From Chrysochromulina tobinii (Eukaryota), in assembly GCA_001275005.1 (NCBI GenBank), contig JWZX01003334.1:1-57993 (forward strand): a stretch of DNA of 57,993 nt, written 5' to 3'. The notes below the pieces were generated by a model. It made no database searches and was not told the DNA's origin. It worked only from the letters and a program-made list of their open reading frames with translations. The stretch's first letter is position 1. Each line of letters opens with the position of its first letter. Positions 20,716 to 31,674 of the stretch are shown piece after piece. The translations under genes and the position numbers were made by a program.

Positions 20716-21770
20716 TCACTCCTTCCTTCGGTATCGCGACACGCGCAGCTTACGTGTCGCCCGCGGCGCGCCTCGGCCGCCCATGGCGCCGCTGTGCCGC
20801 CCGCTCGGCGAGTCGATGGCGATGGCGCACGGGCTCGTGCGACGGAAGACCTCGTCGACGCCGATGCGAAGCACATGCTCGTACCCGAGGGGCTCGAGCA
20901 GCGCCTTGAGCTGCGGCAAGGTCGAGGGTGCTCCGTCCGGCGGCTCGTTCTCGACGTTGAAGAGCCGAACGCAGTAACGGTCAAAGGGCCACGCGCGCAG
21001 GATGGCGAGCTCGAGCTGCTCGACGTCGACGGAGACATAGTCGATTACGGCCACGTCGCGCGTCGCACGGTGGCCCGCGAGCAGCAAGCTCGGTGTCGTC
21101 ACGCGTACCTCGACGGAGCTCGCGACGACGCCTTGGCTCTGCAGGAAGGCATAGTCGACAGCGGAGGCGTTGAGCGATGAGCGCATGTACGCCGCCACGA
21201 AAGGCAGCGTGCCCGGCGTGTCCGACACTGCCAGCTGCACACCGCTCGCGCGGCCCGCCTGCGATGCGATGCGTGGGAATACCTCGGGGTTCGGCTCCAC
21301 ACAAAGGCCTGTCCAGTTCAGCACATTCTCAAAGTACCCTGCCGACGAGCATCGCCCGAGAAACATGAGCTGCGGCGGCTGTGCTAAGGAGCGTCCGGAG
21401 GGTTGGGCAGCGCACAGGTGTTTGAGTACGTGATGCCGTCGTAGCAGCCGAGATCCACAAACTTGCCGCGAGTCATGCCGCGGAAGACGTGCTCATTGGC
21501 CCACTTGTCCTGGCCGTCTTGCGACTTGTAAGATTCCTCTGGATCGTACGTGACGCTGATGCCAGCTGCAAGCTTCGGAGCGACGACCGCCATGTTGTCG
21601 CCGGCGCTGCTGTCAATGTAGGCGCGACTGCTGTGCGCGTCGCGCATCCGCATCCGTCTGTTGTGCTGGTGCAGCGAGGGCTCTTTAGCCGCGCTGCCAA
21701 TCTCGAATAGTAGGCCGACGACGCCAAGGACAGCAAGCATGCTGAAGCACCTGGCTGCGACGTCGGCCAT
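20716..21770 (-). CDS. FkbM/Methyltransf_21-family methyltransferase, type II membrane; intron 21339-21415
   Basis: SQDGQD, GKFVDLGCYDGITYSNT|WYFE..WTGLCVEPNP after splicing T|GTGCGC...GGCAG|GG; IDYVSVDVEQLEL. Confidence 0.88.
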
Positions 21771-22323
21771 TTTTTGCGACCCCACACAGCTCGGGCATGA
21801 AATGCTGGCATGAAAAGACCCTGTGTGAACCCGTTTTTCTCATGAAAAGCCTGGTTGTCGCACGCTTTGCTCTGCATGCAACTATCTGCACCGCATCGCA
21901 TCACAGTTAACCGATCTGCGCTCCACTCGTGTATACGATGTTAAACTTGCCATGTTACGCTGTTGATGGATCGTCCTGTCCACGCTTGGAAAGTCCACAC
22001 TCTAGGAGATCTGTAGAGTGATGTGTGATGAGTACTGACGGTTGGTTGAGCCGCCGCCATGCCGCCCTGAGGCCCTGCCCCTCCCGGCTCTTGCCAGCAA
22101 CGCAAACCTGTGCAATACCGCCCCGGTCTGAAATCTGCATCGGTTGAGGTTTCTGAGCATTCGGCTTCGTGCATAGTAGCTCGTAGCTCGGCCCTGCTCT
22201 GCTAGTTACTGCTAGACGTAACTGCTAGACTCTCTGCACGTCGATCGGTGAATCGATCGGACGTTTCGATCGTCGTCGATCGTCGGTGGCGTGTCACAGG
22301 GCCTTAACACTTCGCGCGTTCGA

Positions 22324-24198
22324 TCACCTGCCGGGGAGGTGAGGGGACTGCTGTTGCGCCCGCGGAGGCATGCCGCGCTTAGCCGTAGCCGAGTTGGTGT
22401 CGAACGAGCCACGCTTTGAGCTGCCGTAGCTCCACTCACCAGCGCCACCATATGAGTACGCGCGCACGGGTGAGCGAGGTCCAGGGGGTGGAGTTGGTGG
22501 AGGAGGAGGCGGCGGCGGCGATGGGGGCGGCATGAACCACGAGATGGGATTGAGGAGCCCCAAGAGGCCCGTCGAGACGCTCGTGAATACGCTGAAGAGG
22601 TTGCCGCCTTTGCCACCGCCTGCGTCCGTTTGCTTCTTGAGCACGGTCACGAACTCGTCCAGATCGATCGCCCCAGAGCCGTCCGGGTCAGCCTCGTTCA
22701 TCATCGTGCTCAACTGCTCCTCACTCATCTCAATTTGTGCGGCGGTGAGCACAGAGCGCATCTCGGCCGTGTCAATGAAGCCACTCCCATCCGCATCAAA
22801 CTTCGCAAAGACTGGAGTCAGCTTCGCCCGCAACAGCGCCGCGTCGCTCGCGCCGGCGCTCGTGGCAACGCTGCCCTTAGCTGCTGCCGGCACGTCTTCC
22901 GCCACCGTGTCGATGGCTCGCGGCGCGGCGTCGGAGGCAAACTTGTTTGAATTCTTCGAGCGCGAAGACTCTGTGCTGGCCCGCGCGCCTATGAGCGTGG
23001 ACACATCCGCCGTGGCATAGCCGCGGGCAGAGGGAGAGCCAATGCCGCGAGACGACACTTTAGCGAGCGCCCGCGCGGACATTCGCGAGGACGAAATGCC
23101 GCCTGTCGCTCTTCCCGATGTCGACCCCCCGCGCGCGGAGTACGTGTCTGAGAGAATCGAGCGCCCCGAGCGCCCCGAGCGCCCCGAGCGCTGTGGTGAC
23201 GTGGGGCCGCCTGAAGGCGACGCCAACGGCAGAGACAGAAATGGCTCATGGCCTCGCGCGGGATCGTATGGGATGTGAAGTGAGGTGGCATACACGGGTT
23301 TGGGGCGCTTCGGTGGCTGAAAGTACGGGCTGGGACCCCGATATGACAAAGTCGTGTCGACGAATCTGGACTGGGTAGAGACCGCAGAAGGACGCGTTGA
23401 GGACGGCGGAGCCACGTCGATCTCGGTCGGTGGAGCTGGAGCTGGAGCCGGTGCTGAAGCCAATGCCGCTGCGGTTGCCGATGAGGCGACAGATGGCTCA
23501 GTCGCCGACTCCGTTGGTGGCGCGCCTGCCGGCGCGTCCGCCGGTGCGTTCGCCGGTTCGTCCGCTGGTGCGTTTGCTGGTGCGGGCGCGGGCGCGGGCG
23601 CGGGCGCCGGCGTGGGCGCAGCAGCTGCGGATGAGTCTAGAGCTTTCGTCGGCATGGCAGCTGGCGTCGACGGCGAGGTCGCTGGCGCCGCTGGGCTTTG
23701 CTTGGGCGACTTCGTTTTGGGTGGTGATCGGGGCTTGGGTGGTGACCTGGGCTGAGGTGGTATCCAGACGGGAGGGGGTCGGGGTGGCTTGGTTGGGCTG
23801 AGTGGGAGTATGACCTTCGCCTTTTTAGGCGTGGCTTTTGCGGCTGCTGCGGCTGCGGCTGCTGTGCGCCTGGTAGGCTTTGGTACGGGTGTCTCAAACC
23901 AGCTGAGCGGGTTTAGGACCGAGAAGAAGCTGCCAAAGAGCCCACCGAAGGTGCCGCCGCTTCCCTGCTTTTCAAGCACGGTGATAAACTCTTCAAAGTC
24001 AATGCTGTTCGAGCGGTCAGCGTCAGCATCCCTGAATGCCTGCTCAAGCTGCTCGTCGCTGATGCTAAGGCCGGAGCGTTCTGCTTGGGGAGACCTGATG
24101 AGTCGGCGCAACTCTTCCCTGGACATTGTGCCGCTACCATCGGTGTCAGCAGCGTCAAAGAGGGGTCGCAGCTTTCCTCTCAGCGCGGCCGTCGACAT
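22324..24198 (-). CDS. Four-EF-hand protein: two calmodulin-like lobes separated by a long Pro/Ala/Ser linker
   Basis: DTDGSGTMSREE, DADRSNSIDFEE, DADGSGFIDTAE, DPDGSGAIDLDE. Confidence 0.85.
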   Translation of the reverse strand: MSTAALRGKLRPLFDAADTDGSGTMSREELRRLIRSPQAERSGLSISDEQLEQAFRDADADRSNSIDFEEFITVLEKQGSGGTFGGLFGSFFSVLNPLSWFETPVPKPTRRTAAAAAAAAKATPKKAKVILPLSPTKPPRPPPVWIPPQPRSPPKPRSPPKTKSPKQSPAAPATSPSTPAAMPTKALDSSAAAAPTPAPAPAPAPAPANAPADEPANAPADAPAGAPPTESATEPSVASSATAAALASAPAPAPAPPTEIDVAPPSSTRPSAVSTQSRFVDTTLSYRGPSPYFQPPKRPKPVYATSLHIPYDPARGHEPFLSLPLASPSGGPTSPQRSGRSGRSGRSILSDTYSARGGSTSGRATGGISSSRMSARALAKVSSRGIGSPSARGYATADVSTLIGARASTESSRSKNSNKFASDAAPRAIDTVAEDVPAAAKGSVATSAGASDAALLRAKLTPVFAKFDADGSGFIDTAEMRSVLTAAQIEMSEEQLSTMMNEADPDGSGAIDLDEFVTVLKKQTDAGGGKGGNLFSVFTSVSTGLLGLLNPISWFMPPPSPPPPPPPPTPPPGPRSPVRAYSYGGAGEWSYGSSKRGSFDTNSATAKRGMPPRAQQQSPHLPGR

Positions 24199-24420
24199 GG
24201 CGTCTGAGACCGGGAGGTGTGGACTGACACCCGGTCTCACGCGTGGGTGGGCGCTAGTGTTTTTTCGGATCGAGGTTTTGCTCTCTCGAGTTTTGGACCG
24301 AATTCGCCAAGTTTTTCACCAAAATAAGAAATCGAAACCCTACTGTACCTGTTTCGTGCCATGACTCCTTTTCCTACACTTCCATTCCGTCTTTTGCGTG
24401 TTCCAGAAATGTGCGTCGTC

Positions 24421-24450
24421 GACTTGACTTGACTTGACTTGGCTTGACTT
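24421..24450. repeat. (GACTT)n pentanucleotide microsatellite in divergent intergenic region
   Basis: gactt x4, ggctt, gactt, between ATGs at 24198(-) and 24503(+). Confidence 0.9.
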
Positions 24451-24502
24451 CTCACGGCCAATTTTCCGCGTCGAGAAATCGGTGCCGTCCACCTCGCACA
24501 AT

Positions 24503-27500
24503 ATGGGAGTATTATCTGACGCCAAGGCTCGCGCCTCGCGCCTCTGCGAGCCGTCGGATGACAGCATGTACAAGCCGATGAGCCACAACGTAGGCGATCA
24601 CTATTCCAAGCCGCGCGCCGCCTCGGCACCGCCAGAGCGACCGCACGGGAGCGGCACGCTGCACTTGCACCGCTTCGAAGGGCTCATCACGTTGCCGCAG
24701 AAGCGGCACAAGGAGAACGTAGTGGATGCTCGCGTACACCGCATCGGAGGCGAATCAGAACTGCTCGACGCGAGCAACTATGACGGATATCTGCCTCGGC
24801 GCGCCAAGCACGCGGGCATGCTGGGCGCGCCGACTGGCGCCGACTCTGCGATCGGCGCGACGAGAGTCGTGGACCGCGACATTTCGCCGGAAGTCTTCGA
24901 GGGCGCGCTCGGCCAGGAAACCCGCCCGAAATCGCTCGTGGCCGCCGAGGCGGGCGACAGCCCATCCCACCGCTACTCAGTCGTCAAGGCAGGTCAGTCG
25001 AGAAGGCAGGCGATCTGGCAAGAGCCGGGCTCGTACGTGATGAGGAGCGGTCAGCACGTGCGCGAGCTCATGCACGGTCAGAAGGCCGCAACGGTCGCGT
25101 CCTCTTCGGATGCCGCCGACGCCCCGGCGTACTCGGCCGCAGCTGAGCTCGAGGTGTCTGTGCCGATGACAAGTCTCGAGGCGGCGGGCTGGAGCCGTGG
25201 AGAGAAAAAAGGGCTCGATGGTGCTCGCGCCACCGCAGGCGCCTCGCCACGCTTGCGTCGCGCACGCAGCCGTGAGTTCATGGACGCGGCGGGTGCGGGC
25301 ACCGTGCACGCTCGAGACGACGCACCCGCGGAGCACGAGCTGACTGCCGCGACGGACGGCTCTGCACTGCACTACCGCAACTACGATCCGAACATGCCCG
25401 AGGCCATGCGTGCGGCCATGCGACAGGCTGTAGGGTCTCCCGTCTTCGGGAACCGCTTTGGCAAGGGCGGTGGCAGCGGTGGTGATGGCGGCGGTGGTGG
25501 TGGTTTCGGCGGCGTCGGCGGCGGCCGACGCAACCGAGGAGCTAGCATCGACAATACCGATCGTCATCCAGCTGGGCTACCCACCCCCGGCGGCGGAGCC
25601 GACCATGCCGCCTTTCCAACCGCCGGAAGCTCTGTCTTCAACGCAGGCGGTGCCGATGAGAAGCGCTGCTCGGCCGCAAAGGAGGATCCGATGCCCGAGC
25701 CCATCCACCTCAAACGCTCGGCAGTGCAGCACGCACGTCAAGGAGCCCTCGGCGCCACGTCCGAGGAGCTCGGTGCACTTCGCTCCTCGGATGCGTACCG
25801 GTCGTACCATCGCCCCCCCCTCGAACCCGATCTGCATGCACGCTCGCCAATCGTGCGCTCGCCCCTCGTGGCTCGTTATGTCGACGGTGCACTCGTTGGC
25901 AGCGCGTCGCTCGTCAATGACCAAGGCGAGCGTGTTGAAGAAGCTTACCGATCGGACCCGGTCTACACCTCCCACTCGCGGGCAGGTGCGTCGTCCATCA
26001 CCATCAATCGCACGGACGCCGAGCGCTTTCCAGGCATCAACGAACGCTTTGACCGGCCGCTCGCGCCTCGCCGCGGCTGGGGAGGCGCTGAAGAGGTGGG
26101 TAACCTGATTAGGCAGGTTCCGACGAAGCAGGAGGTCACCGTGCCCCTGGGCTACGTAGAGAGCATGCAATCGGCGGCAGGGGAAGACTCACGAGGGATC
26201 TACGGTGCGCTGCGGCCCTTCATGAAGGACCTCGACGATGGCGCCGAAGTGGGCGCGGCGCGGCTGCACGCGCCCTCACATCCACCCCGGTCACCCGCGT
26301 CGCCCTCGCTGTCCTCAGCGCACCGTGCGGTGCCTGGGCTTTGCCGGAGTCTGAGCGCACCTACCAGACGCCAAGCCGCCCTGATCGCTGCGCACCCCGC
26401 CCACGCCGAGCGCCCGTACCAAACGTACGTCGTCTCCGACGAGCCCGCTGCGGGGAAGCGACCCGCGCCTCGCGCGAATTCGCGCCGTATGGAGCACGTC
26501 GACTTCACTCCCTCCGTCCAAGGCTATGGTGCCCGCTCAAGGTTCGAATCCATTCAAGAGCGTGCGGCAGTGCTCCCCGGCCATTTCGGGCGTGAGCACC
26601 CGCAGTACTTCGAAGCTGTGCCGAGCGGCACCGCTGGGAACCACTGGCGGGAACCACTGCGGGCGCCCGGTTCCCTGCGGGGTGGCGCGGGCGCCGACGA
26701 CCGTGCACTAGGAGTGCCACCTACGGCGCCTGCTCTCGAGCAAACTGAGATTGACGAATTAATGTTTGGCTCCAAAGCTGACGCAGCCACGGGCACCACT
26801 CGACCTCGCGCGTCGAGATTGCGTGAGTGGCGCTCACAGCTCTCTGACAGGGCGCTCGGTACAGCGCTCGGCCGCCCCGGTGACGAATGGTTTGACGACG
26901 CCGCCGGCCTCGATCCGGTGGCGCCGCGTGAAGTGTACTCGCTCGCTGATCCGGGGGCGGTGCGCAAAGCGATGAGGGCGGCGGCCGACAATGCACGAGA
27001 CATCATGCCTTCAGTGGGCGACTGGCCAACGGGCGGGCGGCCGTCACGTATCCGCATCGTCGGAGACCCTAGCGAGACGCCCGACCTTCCGACCGCGTCG
27101 TCAGTCGTCTTCAACGGAGTAAGCACCGACGGCCTCGAACGAGCCATCAGTGTCTCCAATGCCGCCGCCGCGCACGTCGTCGCCGCCACATTAGGCGGTG
27201 AAGCGCCTGGCGCCGAAACCAACAAGCTCGTCGCCGCTGCCCAGAAGCGGCAGAAACGCGCCAGTGGTATCCCCGAAGGATCTGCAGACGACATGGCGCT
27301 CGAGGCGTTGTATCGGCGGCCAGCTCGGCTCTCGCGCAGCCGTTCGTTTGGGACGGCGGCGACGGCGCAGCGTGAGCAACGCGAGCGGCGTGAGGCGGAG
27401 GATCGCCCAACTGATCGCCCCGAGCCCGGCGGCACGAAGGGATCACCAAGCTACGATTTCGAGGTGCAGCGATCGCCGAGCTCCGATCTCGAGATGCAGA

Positions 27501-28709
27501 GGCAGATGATGATCCAGAGGCGCGCGGAGGAGCTCGATGCGCATCGACAACTACAACAGCGGCGAGCAGACCAGAGGGAGCGAGTGTACGAAGGGAGGCT
27601 GGGCATGTCCACGCTCCACGTGAGTCGATCGCAACTGTATCGCAACTTCGACACGAGTGCGGCGGACGCACCAGGGAATGGCGAGGGTGGCGGCGGCGGT
27701 GGTGGCGGCGGTGGAGGCGTCCCGCGCTCTGCCTCCCCCTTGGTGCGTCGCGCCGCACGCAACGCTGGACGAGAGGCTTTCAGTGTCATCTTCGGACGCG
27801 GACCCGACGCCGACGGTGGCAGCAGCATCAGCAGTGGCGCGGTCGAGAAGATGTCCGAGCAGCAGCTCGTCCGCTTACGAGATCGCGAAGCACAGTGATG
27901 AAGTCGAGGGGATCGTACCTGGCTACACGGGCCACGTTCCGCGCGCTCGTTTTGCGTACGGCGAAGCGGCCATCGGCGGCCTACTGCCGACGCCGTTGGC
28001 TGGACGCTGGCCTCCAAGCGACGCCTCGACAGGTGGCATGTCCTCTGCCGAGCTCGGCGCGATGCGCGCAAGAAGCGAGCTGGGCGGCAAGGGCTGTAAA
28101 CCCGAGCTGTCACCTCGCTCGAAGCTGGAAGCTGAGGTGCGCAAGGCGGAGGTGGAGAAGCGCGCTCGCGACGACGGTATCGGCCTGATGCAGCCGGTCG
28201 ACGAGCGCAGAGCTCGCGTGAAGAGCCCTCCACCCGTCGAGACCGAAGCGGCCACAGCCCACGGGGTGGGTTACGCCACGGATGCTGATACGGTGGTTGC
28301 GGGCAAGAGTACCGTAGCCATCTACGAGGCTCTGCACCATGCGATGACTCCGGGGAAGCACAAGCGGCCCTCGCCGCTTGCCAAATCTCCTCGTGGCCAG
28401 CTCGAGGCAGAGCTGAGAGAGGCACAGGTGAGGAAGAGGGCGGAGGCCGCTGCCGCCGGCACGAGCACTGCAGCCCGTGATGAGCGCTTGGGCTCGCCGC
28501 GTGCCGTCGCCTCTCCCCGCTCGATGTCTCCTCGCTCGTCACGGCTAGGCTTCAACTTTTCGCCGGGCGGCGGGGCTGCTGGATCGCCTCTCAAGCGCTC
28601 GTCCTCACCCTTGCTGGCCTCGCCGACGGCGGGTACCTGGATGGCGGGTGCGCCAGCAGGGGCCCGGGCAGGGGCGCTAGTGGCGCGTGCCAGTAGCGAG
28701 GCGGTGTGA
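24503..28709 (+). CDS. Large low-complexity repeat protein, probably one gene across a frame change near 27620-27870; C-terminal part has a PGYTGHVP motif
   Basis: ORF 24503-27898 overlaps the +1-frame ORF ending at 28709, which has no ATG of its own just before IVPGYTGHVP; degenerate internal repeats (SSVFN/SVVFN/LMFG/SVIFG; F-x-x-AAG). Confidence 0.6.
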
Positions 28710-29073
28710 GAGTGAAGATGCTGCGCGGATGTAGGTTGTAGGGACGTCTAGGATGTGCCATGTACTGTACCCGAACCTCAGAGAGTGCATCAGGCGGTAG
28801 AGGGATCCTCGAGCTTGATGCTTGTGGAATCTCAATCTGCAGGACCGTATGCACGCCGGTCCGGTGTCTTGGGTGTCGAGTTATATCCATAAGCAGTGAA
28901 ACTACCATGGATGCCAATGGAAGCTACAAGTACTGATCTGCCTGAACATACCGCTCCCCCGGTGTCTTTTTACCGGTAACCTCAGTGGGTGAAACCGCTC
29001 GGTCGCGATACGCGATCAGCTGCAGCGCTGTACAAGTAGGACCGCGCGGAGCGAGCGCGCGCAGCGCGTTCGG

Positions 29074-30372
29074 ATGCAGGCCCACAACCCTTCCGCGATG
29101 CTCTCGCTACAGACAAACAAGACGTTATTGTCACCCAATGGCTGGCAGGGGATCAGCTTACCTTCTTCACCAACTTTTGAGCGTATCCAGACGCAGCCAA
29201 GCGCTGCATACAAAACTGCTGGAGCGAGCAACTCGAAGCTGTCCAGAACGCCCCCGCCTCCAGTGCGTTTCGCGAGAGCGGAACCAGCTCTCCCAGATTC
29301 ACCTATGACGTGGAGCGATGGCGTGGGTGCACCTGAACTTCCATCTGGTGCATGGCGGTATGAGCTGGCGCTCGAACAGTTCCTTAGCGGTGAAGAGGAG
29401 CGGCGACGACGCGAGCAAGAGGAGCGTGAGCGGGAGGAGGAGGAGCGGCGACGCGCGGCACTGGAGGAGGAGGAGCGGAGGCGAAGGGCGGAGGAGAGAC
29501 GGCGGTGGGCGGAGCAGCAGGAGGAGGAGCGGAGGCGGCTGGAGGAGGAGCGGAGGCGGCGGGCGGCTCACAACCTCAATGAGATGATGAATGCAGTCAA
29601 GGACCCGCGAGCTAAGGCGGATTTGCAGGCAGAGCTTCAGGCGATGCTGCGAGATGGCAGCTTGAGCAACCCGAGCAGTCCTCTGCTCGATCCCACTGAC
29701 AGATTACATGTACATTTCCAAGAAGAAAGGTCGCACGAGGCATCAGCTCACTTGGAAGCCGAGTCGCTCAAGCCGGCCGAGCCTCCCAATTGCGCTCGGT
29801 TTGCCCAGTCTGAACCGAGCGGGCAGCGTGGGAGCAAACCTGCTGTAGCCCTCCCCACCCGTACGGCCTTGCTTCAGCATCGAGGGGCATCCCTAGCCGA
29901 GGCGAGAGCCGTGCTGCAAACCAGCAGCCGGCAGCTCAACTTGAGGATCAACGTGAAGCGTGTGCCCAAGGTTGCTGCTGATGAGATGCGTGCACGCTGG
30001 CTGGGCACACGCTTCGCCGGCGTACTGGAGAGGCCGAAGGGCAAGGTACCACCGCCTCCTCCTGCTGGTGCTCTTCCTCCATCCCTGCACACGTTCTACC
30101 ACGGCAGCTTACACACGTTCACGGCAGCTTGCACACGCCCTACTGGCATGCAAGAGGGCCCGACGTACAGGCATCCTCCGGAGCTACACATGGAGGAGAA
30201 GCAGGATGCTGCAGTTGCGTACCATCCTCACGAAACGAAGCGAATGCTTTCTCAAAGACTAAGTCAAACGACACGCGGAATGCGCGCTCGACCGCATTCT
30301 GCTCCTTCGGCTTTCCTTGTCGCTCGAGCATCATCCACATTGATGGGGCTTCGGGTCGGAACGCAGAATTAA
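29074..30372 (+). CDS. Hypothetical protein with E/R-rich single alpha-helix
   Basis: 432-aa ORF; EEERRRR repeats at ~29392-29563. Confidence 0.65.
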   Translation: MQAHNPSAMLSLQTNKTLLSPNGWQGISLPSSPTFERIQTQPSAAYKTAGASNSKLSRTPPPPVRFARAEPALPDSPMTWSDGVGAPELPSGAWRYELALEQFLSGEEERRRREQEEREREEEERRRAALEEEERRRRAEERRRWAEQQEEERRRLEEERRRRAAHNLNEMMNAVKDPRAKADLQAELQAMLRDGSLSNPSSPLLDPTDRLHVHFQEERSHEASAHLEAESLKPAEPPNCARFAQSEPSGQRGSKPAVALPTRTALLQHRGASLAEARAVLQTSSRQLNLRINVKRVPKVAADEMRARWLGTRFAGVLERPKGKVPPPPPAGALPPSLHTFYHGSLHTFTAACTRPTGMQEGPTYRHPPELHMEEKQDAAVAYHPHETKRMLSQRLSQTTRGMRARPHSAPSAFLVARASSTLMGLRVGTQN

Positions 30373-30410
30373 TCTTCTTATCAACTAACATTTTCTGATA
30401 TATATGGGGC

Positions 30411-31346
30411 TTAGTACGCCCACCGCGCCTCCTCCTCTTGGTACCACGCGAGCATGCCGATCAGCGTCTGTCCGCGCTCCTTGCCCTCGCACATGGCGCA
30501 GGCGAGGATGGCGCTGTCATCGGACACGAGTTGCGCGCCGAGGATGCGGCTGAGTATCTGCAGCCGATTGAAGCTCATGCGCGGGCAGCCGAGCACGCGC
30601 AAAGACGCGAGCGTTGGCGGAAGTCTCTCGAGCGTCGCATCTCCAAGTGCCGGGCAGAAGCTCATGTCGAGAGACTGCAGCCCCGGCAGCGCCATCAGCA
30701 GCGCCGACACGTCCTCATCGATGGCTTGTGAGCAGTGTGAGAGCGAGAGCTGGCGCAGACGGTGCGCGACCGGCAGCGTGCCGGCCATGGCGGTCGCTGC
30801 GAAGTCGACAGTCACGTGCTCACAGCCGCGCAGCTCGAGCACCTCTAGCTGTTTGAGGCCATCGAGCACAAAGCAGAGCGCCTCGCTGCTCAGGTGGCCC
30901 GAGCCCGGAAGGCGCAATTCGGCGAGTAAAGGGCAGGCCTCGACGATCTCGCGCACGCCCTCGTCGAGCACGCTGCCGCAGCGGGCGACAAGTGCAGGCG
31001 CAAACTCGAGGGAGTTCCGTGAGGGCGCATGCTTACAGAACGTGGGCCGGTGGGTGGCGCGCTCGGGCAGGTGCACGTTCAGCACACGGGCAGCTGAACA
31101 GTGCGGACTCTGACGCAAGTAGGCTGTGAGTGCGGCGGCTGGAAGCGTGATCTTCTCCCAGCAGATCGCCTCCGTCTGGATGATGGAGTGGAAGGTCTTC
31201 GACGTGCGAGCCATCGCAGCCAGCTCGGCGAGCCCATCGATATTCGAGCAGAGGTGAACGAGCGTATCGTAGGGTAGCGCCGCGAGTGTGAGCGTCGCGT
31301 CCGTTGAAGCGCGAGCGCGGCGAGTGCTGGCCGAGGGGACTGGCAT
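30411..31346 (-). CDS. F-box/LRR protein
   Basis: LAALPYDTLVHLC...LAAMARTSKTF (F-box); cysteine-containing LRRs (ACPLLAELRL, LEVLELRGCEHV, LQSLDMSFCPALGD). Confidence 0.85.
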   Translation of the reverse strand: MPVPSASTRRARASTDATLTLAALPYDTLVHLCSNIDGLAELAAMARTSKTFHSIIQTEAICWEKITLPAAALTAYLRQSPHCSAARVLNVHLPERATHRPTFCKHAPSRNSLEFAPALVARCGSVLDEGVREIVEACPLLAELRLPGSGHLSSEALCFVLDGLKQLEVLELRGCEHVTVDFAATAMAGTLPVAHRLRQLSLSHCSQAIDEDVSALLMALPGLQSLDMSFCPALGDATLERLPPTLASLRVLGCPRMSFNRLQILSRILGAQLVSDDSAILACAMCEGKERGQTLIGMLAWYQEEEARWAY

Positions 31347-31674
31347 GTGGTCCGACGACGCGAGACCTCCGACGATCGCTCAAATTCGACCCGCGACCGC
31401 GCTCGGATATCCGAGCGCCACTGGAGCGCCATCGAAACCGCAAAACATGGCCAACACTCGTCAGCTCAACTCTCGTGCCCTTTTTGGTGTTGTAGTGTCA
31501 GAGGACACTCTAGATGAATATGTACACAAAGAGTGTGCGGTGCCGACAGTGTTCGCGGTCGTTTGGCCAGCTTGGGTTCCTTGTTCTTGTATGCAGTTCT
31601 TGTAGAGCGTCTAGGCTCTGTGTTCTCTGCTCGATGGATACCAAGCGCCAACGCGCTCGCTCGCTCAAGAGGTC

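Noticed and set aside
26249..26375. Intron in the 24503 gene
   Set aside because: Composition is intron-like, but I found no phase-compatible GT-AG pair, and the frame is open.
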